Below, in pieces: positions 51,801 through 64,000 of a stretch of 64,000 nucleotides of DNA; the first letter of the stretch is position 1, and each line of letters opens with the position of its first letter. Both the position numbers and the translations under genes were made by a program. Source of the DNA: Vicugna vicugna (lineage: Eukaryota); contig MU058289.1 of the NCBI GenBank assembly GCA_013265495.1, positions 1,299,451 through 1,363,450 of the forward strand, in the 5' to 3' direction. Below the pieces are notes generated by a model. That model was not told the origin of the DNA. It saw nothing but the letters and a program-made list of their open reading frames with translations, and ran no database searches.

Positions 51801-53126
51801 AAGCGCTGCGCCTGCCTCAGGACCCTGGAGAACACTGCATCTCGGGCAGATGTGCCCCCAGCACCTCGCGTGACCCCAAGACCCCCAGCCTGTCCCGGGA
51901 CCATGTTTCAGGCCCCGGGTTTAGGAGCCCCCACCTGCCTAGTGGGGAAAGCGCCTTGTACTGGGAGCCGGGGCTGGATGGGGACTGGTCACCGTGCACA
52001 GCGCTTAAGGCCAGGCCAGGCAGGAAACAGGCCTCAGGCTAAGCCAGTGGGCTGGGAAGCCTCAGCTGGGACCAGCATGGGCAGTCACTAAGAGATGTGA
52101 GGACTCCTTTTTCCAGCACCTGCCCACAGGGTCTTGTGTGAGGTGCCAAAGGAATGCTCCTGAAAGCTTTTGCGCTGCCACAGGTTCTGGGAAGGGATGG
52201 GGCCTTGGGGACCACGTGGTGGGGGAGGGGAACAACAGGTGACTAGGGATTTGTCCCAAAAATCATAAGGTACAAATCCCTTGCTATACATTTCAATGTA
52301 GTGAAGAAGAGTAAACCATTATCTGTCAGGACCCGGTGGATACAGGGAAAAAACCCTGAGGGAAAGAGTTCTTTTATTTCCAGGCACCCCTCCCCAACAA
52401 GAGAATTCCAGCAAGGCACTCACAGCGTCTCAGGGAACATGGAGCCTGGATGGGGATGTCCTGGTGTAGACTGACCAGGGCATCCGGCCTCAGCATTGCT
52501 GAGGAGCTTGCTGTGGCCCATTCTCAGCTGGCACGGAAGCAAGTGTCTCACCCAGCAGCTTCTCCTTAGCACCTCTCAGAGCTCGAAGAATTGTAACCCC
52601 CTACCCCCAGCTGAGGGGGGCGGCAGGAAGGCACAGGTAGGGGCAAGCGGTTTGGGGGGAAGCAAATATCCAAAGGCATCATCTAGTAAAAAATGACCTT
52701 CCACTCTGAGAAAGGAAAATGAATCAACAAGGAGATATCATAATTCACTGATCACATTATCTACTATTTAAAAATGGAAATATCGGCCTGACTGGTGAAA
52801 CTTGCATATATGCTACTGGTAATGAGTGTGAGTTGGTACATTCTGTCAGGAAGAGCAATTTGGTAGTATTTACCCTCACAAACAAACAAAAACACTCTTG
52901 AAAGCAGTAATGCTCCAAGAATCTATTCTAGGGAAGTAATCCAAAATGCAGAGATTTGTAGGCACAAAAATGTTTATCACATGGTTTATGTCATCTATAC
53001 AGCGGTCCTAGGATCTCCAGCATTCTGAAAAAGAGCCCAGAGGGAGCTTTCTGCCCTCAAAGTTACTTCTTATATATCTATTCTGTCCCCACCTGCCCGT
53101 TTAGAGCTTTCAAGATTTAAACAATA

Positions 53127-53290
53127 GGAGGAGGGTATATAGCTCAGTGGTAGAGTGTGTGCTTAGCATGCATGAGGTCCTGGGTTCAATCCCCAGTACC
53201 TCCATTAAAAAATAAATAAACCTAACCCTCCTACACCACCCCCCAGAAAAGAAAAGTAACCCGGAAGAAAAAAAAAAAGAGTAACAAAAA
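53127..53290 (+). mobile_element. tRNA-derived SINE
   Basis: A/B boxes and A-rich tail; approximate TSD aagatttaaacaata / aagattttaaaaata. Confidence 0.9.
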
Positions 53291-53429
53291 AAGATTTTAA
53301 AAATACATTAGAGTCCAGGATTAACTCTAACAAGTAAAATACACTACTTACTCTAATAGTAGTTAGATACCTAGATAGAAAGACCAACCAGCACCCACAA
53401 ACAGGAACAGAAACAACCTCAAATGTTTG

Positions 53430-53910
53430 CTTTCTCTCTCACTGGCAATCTTGGCAGCTGTTCTTGGCTGGGGACTGTCTCAAACCTAAGACAGGAAGAT
53501 GGTGGCAGCAAAGAAGACAAAAAAGTTGCTGGAGTTGATCAACTCTAGGCTCCTAAGCATTATGAAAGTGGAAAGTACTGCTGGGTACACTCTGAAAATG
53601 ATCAGACAAGGCAGAGCTAAGCCAGTCATTCTCCACAATTTCCCAGAGGAAATCTGAAAGAGTGCACTATGCCTTGTTGGCCAAAACTGGTGTCCGTCAC
53701 TGCAGTGGCAATAATATTGAATTTGGCAGAGCGGGTAGAAAATACTACAGAGTATGCACACTGGCTCTCACTGATCCAGGTGATTCTGACATCATTCGAA
53801 GCATGCCAGAAGAGATTGGTGAGAAGTGAACCACGCAAAATTTTTCTTTAATAAAATTGGCCGGGATTTGTTTAAATAAATAAATAAATTTGTATTTGAA
53901 TGAATAAATA
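53430..53910 (+). pseudogene. RPL30: Processed pseudogene of ribosomal protein L30
   Basis: ATG 53499: [18 protein letters not shown]...TLKMIRQG...[17 protein letters not shown]...[29 protein letters not shown] (TGA ends 53829), with indels; pyrimidine-rich 5' end; AATAAA at 53850-53855; TSD AAATGTTTG at 53421-53429 and 53911-53919. Confidence 0.93.
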
Positions 53911-54209
53911 AAATGTTTGATGTTCAACATTAGCACAAAGTACTTCCATGAAGTGGGAAATACATTAAGCAATTATTTATAAATATATTTAAAACATGTA
54001 ATGATGTGGGGAATCATACCATTATCACAGTAAGTGGATACATAGGAGGATTTGAAATTGTGTGCTCTCATGTGTATACTACCTGAATGTGCCCCAGACC
54101 CCATCTTCTTCTGTATCCTCACTAAAAAGCAGATGACTGTTTGATCTCAGGTCGCTGGCTCTTTCTGCCTGAGAAGTGCAATGGGGGACTCTCTGGCCTT
54201 TTTCTTGCT

Positions 54210-54405
54210 GGGTGGGGTGGTATGTGTAAATGTTTAACAGTCAGCACTCTGGGGGAGATTTGTACCAATCGGGAGCCCTGATTTACAGCATTTGCCAATA
54301 CCACCACAGTCAATTTCAAACTACCCATATGGTGCCACTGAGCAGAGTTGGGATGAAATGGATGTGATCAGTTCTCAAAAGTATGAGCTGGCTCCAATGG
54401 CCACT
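54210..54405. mobile_element. Old hAT DNA-transposon remnant (MER63-like)
   Basis: 'gtaaatgtttaaca...gatttacagcatttgccaat...aatttcaaactacc...cagagttggga...gagctggctcca...ccactg' resembles the recalled MER63 consensus. Confidence 0.5.
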
Positions 54406-55646
54406 GCCTGGGTCCCACTGTTGGAGAAAGAAGTCTCAAAACAGAATTGCGGGTTCTATCATCCTCTGGAGTTAACCAGAATCTTCCCTTTGGGCAAATG
54501 GACACAATCAGGAGGCCAGTATAGGACATATTCAGTCTAGTCTTATACCAAGTCCTAAACCACCATCTTTTCCTCCTAAGGCCCCAGAGGCTGATCCTAC
54601 CCAGCCTCTGTCCACACTAATGCTGATTTTTTTTAAAAAAGAGATTTCCTGTTTTCTCTCCTTGTAATCTAGCTTCCATCAGACCCCCTTATCTGCAGTA
54701 TCTATATTTTCTGGACCTCAATTATAGACACGTTTCAGGGGTTTTCTCACTGTCCTGGGAGGCACTCAGATGTCAATCAAATGTGGACTGAGTAGCTTAG
54801 GTCACAAAGGAAGAAGGATGGCATGCAAAAACCACATGGAATAATTGGTAGGATACACATTTCCTTCCCTCCCTCAGCTTTCAGCAGCCTTTGCCTTTTT
54901 AAAACAATCATTCCTGGGGAGAGCAGCAGGAATCTTCCACCTGAAGCTCACTTGTACCCTTCCCATTTCAGTGCCTGGGGGCGAGTCCTCCCACAGCACA
55001 CAGCACCAGACCCAAGTTCCTGCCTAATTCACTGGGTTGTCCACTGGGAGCTGTGCTCAAAAGGGTTTTTCCATCCCCTTTTTTTCTGAGGCCCAGCTCT
55101 TTACACTAGGTGGAGTCTACTGACTTCCCCTGGTCCTGGTATTGCCCTTAGGCCTCTCTGGGGTGCAGGAGTTTCAAAGCATTAGCAATTAAAGCCATAG
55201 AGCGTTTGTTCCCCAATCTAAGAATCAGAATTAGGATCTGACAATTATAGCTTGCTTCCTTCATCAGGGAGCAGTAAGCATCTTGGAAGGACCCTCAGTT
55301 TCCTGCCCTGAAACCTTATCCTGCACTCAGGAATGGGAATTTATGCACAAACATTACATGGCAAAGACCCTAGTCAGTCTGCAGCTCCATGAGGAGGTTC
55401 TATTTGAGGATGCCCAGATTCCTGCAGCCTTTGGAATCGCATATTTGAGCTTGACTTGGTATTGGTGACTTTCAGTGCTGCTGGAACCCACTGGGAAGCC
55501 TGGCAACACACCAGAGGTGGGTCCTCAGTCCCTCATCCCACTACCTATTGCTGTCATAAGATGAGAAGGTGGGTTTCTGTGCACGTCAGCCCTTTGTGTC
55601 GTACCGCTTTCAAAGATTTCTACCAGACTGGTTGGCAGGGTTTTCC

Positions 55647-55650
<4 letters not shown>

Positions 55651-55692
<42 letters not shown>
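55651..55692. repeat. (AC)21 microsatellite
   Basis: Perfect dinucleotide run. Confidence 0.97.
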
Positions 55693-55694
<2 letters not shown>

Positions 55695-56200
55695 ACAGTA
55701 TGCACAATGCCTACATTTTTTCTAAGACTGATCTGAGAAAGTGAATTCTGGAAGATTTCTAAAAGCCTGGAGACCTTCCCGAAGCTCTGTATGAATTCTA
55801 GTAAAATTTTTGTTCAGCCTTTTGCTGTGCAGTAAGCCATCATTTGTTGCAAGATTTAAAACTTTAAAGCTGTTATGAGGAAGAGACATTTAGCAAAACT
55901 TCCAATGCTATTTTCCAGGTGATAACTGGCTTCAAAATCTATGCAAACTGCACAGCATTATCAGAGCCCTCTAGTCCAGCTCAGTTGCTTTTTATTTAGT
56001 GAGAACAGTTCCAAAATTTCTCAAATAAGTTTTTAGTTAGAATTTATTTTAAATCAGATGCGGGAAAAAAAGAGTTCCCCCTATGTGCAGAATGCAAATA
56101 ATGTATTCCCAGTATGAAAGTGTTTATAAAAATACTTCTCTAAATATAAAATGGTCAAATGGATTCTAGTCCTCAGGAATACAATTTTAAGATGCAAGGA

Positions 56201-56389
56201 GGGGGGAGGGTATAGCTCAGTGGTACAGAATGTGCTTAGCATGCACGAGGTCCTAGGTTCAATCCCCAGTACCTTCTCTGAAAATAAAATAAACCTAATT
56301 ACCTTCCCCCCCACCAAAAAAAAAAAAAGATGACTCTTCAGGCAGTTGGAATAAAATGTTTAAAAACTAAATAGCGAGGGGGAAAAAGA
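56201..56389 (+). mobile_element. tRNA-derived SINE with extra 3' sequence inside the TSD
   Basis: A/B boxes; perfect TSD AAGATGCAAGGA at 56189-56200 and 56390-56401. Confidence 0.9.
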
Positions 56390-59184
56390 AAGATGCAAGG
56401 AAATAAGAAATCTTCACTACCTACGTCTACAGGCCACAATGACTAGAAATATTTGCCAACAATTTTCTTCCCTGATTTCTTCGGGTTTTTACTTTTAACA
56501 GTTTTTTAATTTTTTTATACATTATAAGAGGCCAGTAGGAGGCTAACATTTGCCCATGTTCCTTGGCCACAGGGCAAGCCCACTTCAGACACGTGTGTCA
56601 CAAGAACATCGATTGTGAACCAAATGCTTTCTGGCAGCTTCTAAGTGGACCTTTAATCAACTGGGAACAACTTGGTCCGCTTCTTAGTTCTCCGAAGGCT
56701 CAAATGAAAGAGACTTCTTCCTAAGTCACAGCCTAGCAACAAGGATGAGCAAAGCTGATTTCGTCAATGTTGGACCCAAGCACTGCTGTTAACACTTTCT
56801 CATTCCAACTGGTATTTTAACAATCTTTATTATCTTTCCGATTTCAATCATAGGGTATATACTCAATACAAAATTTGCAAAAGTCACATAGGCACCAAAG
56901 GAAAATACAGAATATATATCTTCACTTTTATTATGAAAGTTTTCAGAAAAAAGTTAGATGGCACAATGAACAATGTATACATGTTAATTCTGCTTTTTTT
57001 CCTTCTTGCATTAGATACTATGCTGAGCCATTTAAAAGTTGTAGGTATCTTGAGCGTCATTTCTTAACACAATAAGGACAACGCCTTATATAACAAGAAC
57101 ATTACTACAGCTAAGAAAATAATTCCATTATCATTTAATTTATTCCATTTTCAACTTTCCAATTGTCACAAGGATTGTTCGTCACTAATTTTACACTTGA
57201 GTTCTAGAATGCCACACATTCTGTACTCGTCCAATTGTTTCCTCTTAATGTTTAACTTGTTCCTCTACCCCCTCTACTTCCTGTCAGCTGGAAGTCTAGA
57301 TGCTAATAACTTTTTGTTGGCCTCGGTGGTGGTGTATTCTGCGTATCACCATCTCATCAAGAAGCAAATTCCAGGTGTTCCTTGGCGATGTGAGGTCTGA
57401 TCCCTTGACTACAGTGATGACAGATCAGTCCATTGTCAAGACTTGTGTTTTTCCAAGTTATCCATATGGCAACATTTGAGCACTGTGTGAAGATTCTGTT
57501 CCCAGTAGCCTTTTCCTAAAGGTCCTGGCATCCATTGATGGTCCTTGCCTGATCAGTTCTTTTATTAATGGCTCAGGGTCTGTATTAAAATACTGAATCC
57601 CTTCACGGTTTGTGCCAAGGATGCACACTGACCTTTGGGACAATGGATTCTCTAGGTAAACTTGAGTTGCCAGACTGCTCCCAAAGAGGCTGGACAATGG
57701 TTTGTCAGACTGTGTTTCAGGCTGGAGCTGCTAGGGAACACCTTTAAAAGAGACTTGCTCCCAGCTCCCCCTGAGAAGACTCACATGGGAAAACCAGGAA
57801 TACAAGGCTGGATCTAAGGTACCTCCACACTCCAGGGACTTGGAGGGAGCTTGAATCTTAGTCTAGCTGAGCAAGACCCCTGCAGTCTGACCTACTTTGC
57901 TGATAAACCCAGATTTTATAAAAATAGGTAGAAAATGAACAGAAACGGCTGGAAAAGTGGTAACAGTTGTTGCAGATGAAAACTGATCTGCCAAGATAGA
58001 AACACACCTCTACAGAAGAAGCTGGCACCTGATGCCATGACATTCAAATGGGAAAGAAAAAAACCAAACACACACAAAATGACAGAAACACATTGTGACA
58101 ACTGTGTCTGAAAAGGCAGGGTGACGGGTGAGGTTTTAAGGAATGCAGAGACTTTCAAAATTCAAGTTTTCTGGAGAGCTTTCCAGATTTCAAAATTTCA
58201 CAATTGACAGTAATCATCAGTGACCAGTTAACTAAAACTTGCTTCTGAGAGGTGGTATTCCAGGATATTTCATTTTTATCTGTTACTCGGTTCTGTAATT
58301 TTGAAAATTTTCTTTCTGGAGGAAAATGAAACCTTCTGAAAATCTAAAGGCAAAATGAACCTCATAGGCTTACAGGGTCGTAGGTGGGGATCTAGCCGCT
58401 GGATCTTAAGGCTGGAAGTCAGTTCACCCTGGACGCATCAAGCAGCAGCTCCTGAGGGCTGAGTCTTATTCAACATGACTTTTCTGAAGGCTGCGATTAC
58501 ATATTGAACTTACAAGTGGTACCAACAAGTAGGCTGGATGGCAGAGTAAGAATTACACAAGGTAGAACACAATGAACTATCACTTTGAAATTTCGTTGAC
58601 TGGGGCCAAAAACACCAGAAGCAGAGGTACAGAACGGGAAAAACAACTTCATGGGTTTCTGTTATCTGAAAACTCTGAGCACATCTATGTGAGGAGAGCA
58701 GCCTAACGGCCAAGGCCTTCCCAGGTCCAGGGCAGAGACGTGAGTGCTGCTCATCCAGCACTGGTCTGGACACATCTGCTGGCTGGACTTGGGCCCTGAG
58801 TGGTGCATGGAAGAAGGGACTTGAATGAACTGGGGGACAACCCAGAGAAGACTGCAGAATGAGGAAAGACAGTCTCCCAGGAATCTCACATCCAAGACTC
58901 CAAGTTCCCAGGTATGACCAAAGATCACTTAAATATTCTCAATACAAGGCCAACTGTTCACAATCCAAATTTTAAAAGCAATATTGCCATCAAAAGCTTT
59001 CTTGTATAAAGGACTCATCTATGGCAAACAACAGAGGTCTCTTCCTTCACATTTTCTAAGTGGACTAGTTAATTTTCTAAAAGGAAAGGATTTCGCATGC
59101 CTGCAGTAAATACAACGTACAAACCCCGTAAGGCAGCAGAAACATGAGCCGTGCAGGCCTGTAGTAACAAGTATGCAGATGCCA

Positions 59185-59190
59185 TTTATT
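59185..59190 (-). terminator. UBA2: Likely UBA2 polyadenylation signal (AATAAA)
   Basis: Plus-strand tttatt about 650 nt downstream of the stop codon, at the end of an AU-rich 3'UTR. Confidence 0.7.
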
Positions 59191-59842
59191 TGGTCCATAA
59201 GTACAGTATAGTCGGATTTGAGTTTTACAAAACATCAAATATAAATAACCTGAAACTGTAACAATACACAAAAATTGGCTTCTTACACAGACATACCAGG
59301 CAGTACAAGCTGAAAACTTGAGTAAATTAACAATTGTTTTACATTAATATACATAGTGCCAGTTAACATGTAGAAACAATTTCAATGCATAGCACTCGAT
59401 ACTTCTTTGAATCTGTTTCAGTCAGTTAAGAGTATGAAAATGGTTAGATCTAGGCTAAAAATAATTCTTCTTCTAACCAAAAATAAAGGCATAATATTTA
59501 TAACCAGGTATCAACTTTACTAAACCACAATATTTTAAACCTGTTAAATGATACCTAAGGGTATTTACATTAAAAAGGCGACATGCATTGTGTTGTTCCG
59601 TCTCATGACTGGTTATGCACACACTTTGCTCAAAGGGTTTTAAAACTATGTTCCTACTTTCAGTACAGCACACCGCAATGTTTCTAAGAGTTCTAGCAAA
59701 ATGAATGCTTTCAAGGGGAGCAGAATCATCTTCAAGTCACTGGTGTCAATTTTTTCCCTTTGGAACAAAGGACATAACAAATAACCCAGTTCTGCCCAGA
59801 AGGCCTAATGCAGTAAGAGGTTCTGCGGAGAGGCATTTCTGC

Positions 59843-60024
59843 TCAATCTAATGCTATAACATCATCAAGCTCTTCTGTCTGCTCTGTGCGTGACCTTTTT
59901 GCACTGACATTCTCTTTCTCATCTAATTTCCTCTTGCGACTTCTTTCTTCTTCACTGATGTCAGCATTGTTTGAAGGACCTTCTTCATCTGAATCAACTA
60001 TGAGCACATCATCTTGCTCTTGTG
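59843..60024 (-). CDS. UBA2: UBA2 last coding exon (SIM-like motifs and basic NLS)
   Basis: aag|(A)QEQDDVLIVDSDEEGPSNNADISEEESRKRKLDEKENVSAKRSRTEQTEELDDVIALD*; TGA 59843-59845. Confidence 0.95.
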
Positions 60025-60371
60025 CTTATTTCAGGAAAAAAGGAAAGAAATGGTTAAAAGTGTGGGAGTTATTAGCAGCTCACTAAAATTTTATACAAGT
60101 GAAAAGCTAACTCTTCTAACATACACCAAACTGGAAAATGGTTACCCGCAGGGAATCTTTGCTTTATACCTTACACATTTCTGTACTGTTTTACTGTTTT
60201 CTGTAACAAGCACCTATTTTCTCTTCTAATCAAAACAAAAAATGGTAACAAGCATTATATAATTCGAAGGAATTACTACAGTTCCTTGTTTCTATTTCTC
60301 CAACAGAAAAAGGGAGGGTGCATATCCCAATATTCATAGCAGCGGTAGTAATAATAAACAACAACAAAAAC

Positions 60372-60600
60372 AGTAACAACACATACAGCACTTACAATGT
60401 GCCAGGAACTGTTCTGAGCACTTTGCACATAACAACTCATTTAATCATCACAACCACCCTATAAAGAAGATAACATCATTATCCGTTTTCCAGAAAAGGA
60501 AACTGAGGTACAGAGACTTGCCCAAGGTCACACACTAGCAGATGAGGTCAGGATTCAAACCCACAGCGTGGGCTCTACAGTGCATGCTCCTAACCTTACA
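60372..60600. mobile_element. MIR SINE
   Basis: MIR core 'gcacttacaatgtgccaggaactgttctgagcacttt...aggaaactgaggtacagag...acttgcccaaggtcacac'. Confidence 0.8.
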
Positions 60601-61501
60601 CTACAGCTGGTTTTGTGTTCCCCACTCCCCACACTCTGCTGAACCAACTACCTACCTTACTCACTGCTACAGCCTCCAAAACCCACCCACGGTAGTGGAT
60701 CAATAAATGCACATTTCATACCGTGATTTCTGAAAAACTATCAGTCCTTTCCTCAAAGGAGACGACGAATCTTTCTACTTTCAGAGGGGGGAAAAAGGGT
60801 CATGAACCATGGCCCACACACCAGACCATCTCAAAGTCCATCTTCAAATCTCTCAGAGAACATCAGAACCAAGAACCACCATATTCCAAAGAACACCAAA
60901 GACACCACGTTGGAGAAATGAAAAGAGACGTTAAAAATCAGTAACTTTAAGTTTTCTGACCCTAAAGAATGAAGGGGTGGGGGGAGGGGTGGCTGGCAGT
61001 AAACACTGACTTTAGAGCGCAATAAAGCACCAACACTGAAAACCCAGGGAAACAGCCTCTGATGCACTTTACCAAAGTCATACTGGTTCTGAGAAAACTG
61101 CGAAATGCTAAAATTCTATACTTACCAAGCATCTGTTCACTCTAAACAGGCGGGTGCACTGACCTGCTGCCCTCTACAAACAGGCATTCAAAATACAAAA
61201 CCACCACTACTAAGAATGAAGTATCTTTATACACCAAAAACTCACTAACATTTCCAGTTGTACAAACTAACAGGAAATAACAGTGTGTCTATCTTCCATA
61301 AGAATTTTACCCAATCTTACATGTCTTCATAGTTAATATATTCAAAGATCCATTAAAATAATCAACACCAAACCAATACACACCTCTAACAGTCCTGTGG
61401 AGTTCTATTTTATGGTCAGCGTTCATAAAATACTCAGCTTGTTTCTACACAGTCCTGCCTGGTGGGTAATTAACAACCTGCTGGCTGGGGCCGTGACTCA
61501 C

Positions 61502-61638
61502 CTGTGGAAGTGGAAGGCTGAGCTCCGTCATCACTGCCATTGGTTATGCTTTTGGCAGCATCTTCAGCTTGTTTGGGCCCCACTTTTTCGGGGGCATCAC
61601 CAACAACTTCAAATTCAACATCCTTTCCTAGGTCTTCA
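61502..61638 (-). CDS. UBA2: UBA2 penultimate exon
   Basis: cag|(S)EDLGKDVEFEVVGDAPEKVGPKQAEDAAKSITNGSDDGAQPSTST plus one G|gtgagt; 137 nt, ends in phase 1. Confidence 0.96.
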
Positions 61639-63074
61639 CTGTAAGAGAACCACGCACTATAAAACTGGACCACCACTATGTCTGCTTACAAAAGCAAAGG
61701 CGCACCGGAGACTATTCTCAAAACTCAAACAATGTATACACTACATACACACCAAATATTTGGATTCTGATTGTCAAAGAGCTAAAAATTCTTAGGCGTT
61801 ATTTCCTCAGTTATTATGTGAAAAGACTCTATACACTCTACTCTGATCTTGACCAGAGCAATTCAGTGTTTTGGGGGTAGAGTTTACATGGATTCAGTTT
61901 TCCCCCCATCTTTACAGGCAGCACCCTGCTTTTGTAATGAGTTCCCAAAACACGTATGAAAGTTTAATGCATGAAAGTCAAACAAAAGACTTACATGTTA
62001 TAAGGGGGGGTTCTGTTCCCAGAGAGCTAAAAAATACGATAAAAAAAAACCCTAATTATGCCTCCTCTTTTAGACACCATCTGATAAATTCCCATTTTAT
62101 TGTACATGCCCTTCCATTGTCTTTGCTCTCACCGCTGAACGCAAGCACACCACTGACATCCAACTGGTGTCTAACGGAGGCTACAGCTCACTCCCTAGCA
62201 ATATTTATGACTCAACTGCATAACTCTGTGAAACTTTACTATTACTAATAACCCACACTCAGTCTTTCCTGTCATTTTATGCTTTTTATAAACCAAGCAT
62301 ATACAATGTAAAACTCTCAAAACAGCTACCCAAGCTTTGTATGTCTGAATACAGATAACAACACTGGCAAAACAAGTGGACGCAGGTGGCAGCCTTTCCA
62401 TCTGTTAGATCTGTTAGATGCTACCAAAAGTCCCAAGGCAGGGTGCAGTTCAGGGGTATCAGTGAGCATGTACCACAATGCACCTTGTTCAACAGAAATA
62501 TACTGAAGTGGAGGACCATCTGTATTTTAGCTATGCTATAGGTATATGCAAATATCCTGTGATGCAACCACTTTGAATGCTTTTTATAAAGTATGCAGGA
62601 TGTAAAATAAAAATTAAAAAAAAAAAGATTCAGGAATCTATATAGGATAATCTTTAATGTTCTCTTATTGCTACAGATCACAATGAAATATTTGTTTTAT
62701 GGGAGAAATATTTCTCTCTTCTAATGAATCTTTAAAAATAATAAACATTTTAATTTTAGTTCAATTGTCAAAATGAACACACCCTTGATTATAACCATTC
62801 AAGCATCTGGATTTCTACCCTCTCTAGGTCTTTCTGATCAGCCACCACTGATGACAGTTACCTTTAAACATTTTTTTATCCTTTTTATTTCTGGATTCTC
62901 AAGTTTTTCTTTAGGTCACACCTCAGGAAACTTGGTAGCCAACTTACACCTTACAACATACTTTGTGCAGCTTCAAATGAACAGGAGGGCTTAAGGGCAA
63001 GAAAACATTTTTTCTCTACTTTAAGTCTGTATATTCAAATAATCTCTTACACTCAAAATATTAACAGTTCCTAC

Positions 63075-63180
63075 CTATGAAGGATGTTGATCAATAAAGT
63101 GTAGTCCTGAAGGAAGTCATCTGCTTGAAGTCGGCTCCCATTTCTAATTCCGAATTCTGATAATTTCTTGTGATTATTGG
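63075..63180 (-). CDS. UBA2: UBA2 third-to-last exon (end of ubiquitin-fold domain); the rest of the gene lies beyond the window
   Basis: tag|(A)NNHKKLSEFGIRNGSRLQADDFLQDYTLLINILH(S)|gtagga; 106 nt. Confidence 0.96.
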
Positions 63181-63261
63181 CTAGGAAATTTGAAAGGAAT
63201 TTAGATGCTTTAGTTGTATCTCCAAGGAGCAATCACATTAGTTTTTAAAAGGTAAAACCCC

Positions 63262-63535
63262 TGCTATAAACTGAGTTGTATCTCCCTAAAATTCATATGC
63301 TGAAGCGCTAACATCAGTACTTCAGAATATGACAGGACTTGGAGAGGATGGTTTTTAAAGTGGTAATTAAGTTAAAAATGAGGCTGTAGGAGTGGACCCT
63401 AACCCAACCTAATTGGTGTCCTTTTAAGAAGCCAAGGAGAGAGGCCTGAGGAAAAACTAAACTTGTCAACACTTTGATCTTAAGACTTTCAGCCTCCAGA
63501 ACTAAGAGAAAATTAGTGTCTGTTATTTTAAAACT
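63262..63535 (+). mobile_element. MaLR (MLT1A/B-like) LTR fragment in a UBA2 intron
   Basis: 'ccctaaaattcatatgctgaag...ggtaattaagttaaaaatgagg...ttgatcttaagactttcagcctccagaactaagagaaaatt' typical of MLT1. Confidence 0.7.
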
Positions 63536-64000
63536 AGCCCACTAAAATATTAGGCACTCAGGAACTCAGCCCTGAACATTTCAGTACTAAAATTACTTCA
63601 AGGGAACCAAATTGTAAGAAATTCTGAGAACCCTGTCCTCTCAAGCCAAATTAATCTGGAATCCTGGAGGAGTCAATAACAACTTTTAGAATTGTTCAAA
63701 ACATATTCTACTTGCAAAGATGTTATCTATAACAAAGTCAACATATTACTTTTAGCAAATTTTACAATTCAGAAACAAGAGGAAACTGTTTATTTCAATG
63801 AATTTTTCAACATAAATTTTCAACATTTCTCAATGGAGAGCCAGTGGGGCCCCCAAAATCTAATCAGTCCAAACTAGTCCTACCACTCACATGTCATTTC
63901 TGCTTCCTCTCAGTGTCCCCAGTGTGCAGCACACCATGCTGCGCATCCACAAGCACTTAGCCAACCTTTCTTATGTGGATTCTGAATACTCCAATGATGA

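Noticed and set aside
50768..52042. 424-aa + strand ORF and other ORFs overlapping the WTIP CpG island
   Set aside because: Antisense shadow of GC-rich sequence; low-complexity P/A/G/R composition with no recognisable domain

Overview
Mammalian genomic DNA, most likely from a camelid, judged from a tRNA-derived SINE family (inference). The right part holds the last three coding exons of UBA2 (SUMO E1 subunit) and the complete 8-exon WTIP gene (Ajuba-family LIM protein, 431 aa). Both are on the minus strand in tandem, as at human 19q13.11. The left 28 kb is intergenic and L1-rich. It contains processed pseudogenes of GPX1, CENPV and BECN1, with the GPX1 copy nested inside the 3'UTR of the CENPV copy. 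It also has a 0.7-kb polypyrimidine tract and a diverged ~1-kb duplicated, CAGGTG-rich module with weak traces of secretoglobin (SCGB2B-like) exons. An RPL30 retrocopy lies between WTIP and UBA2. The most notable observations are three. First, a UBA2-to-WTIP read-through splice would be in frame and would bypass an atypical last-exon acceptor. Second, the GPX1/CENPV retrocopies are nested. Third, the duplicated module may be a secretoglobin relic. I see no convincing wholly new biological system. Gene and repeat identities come from recalled reference sequences, not database searches, and repeat boundaries are approximate.
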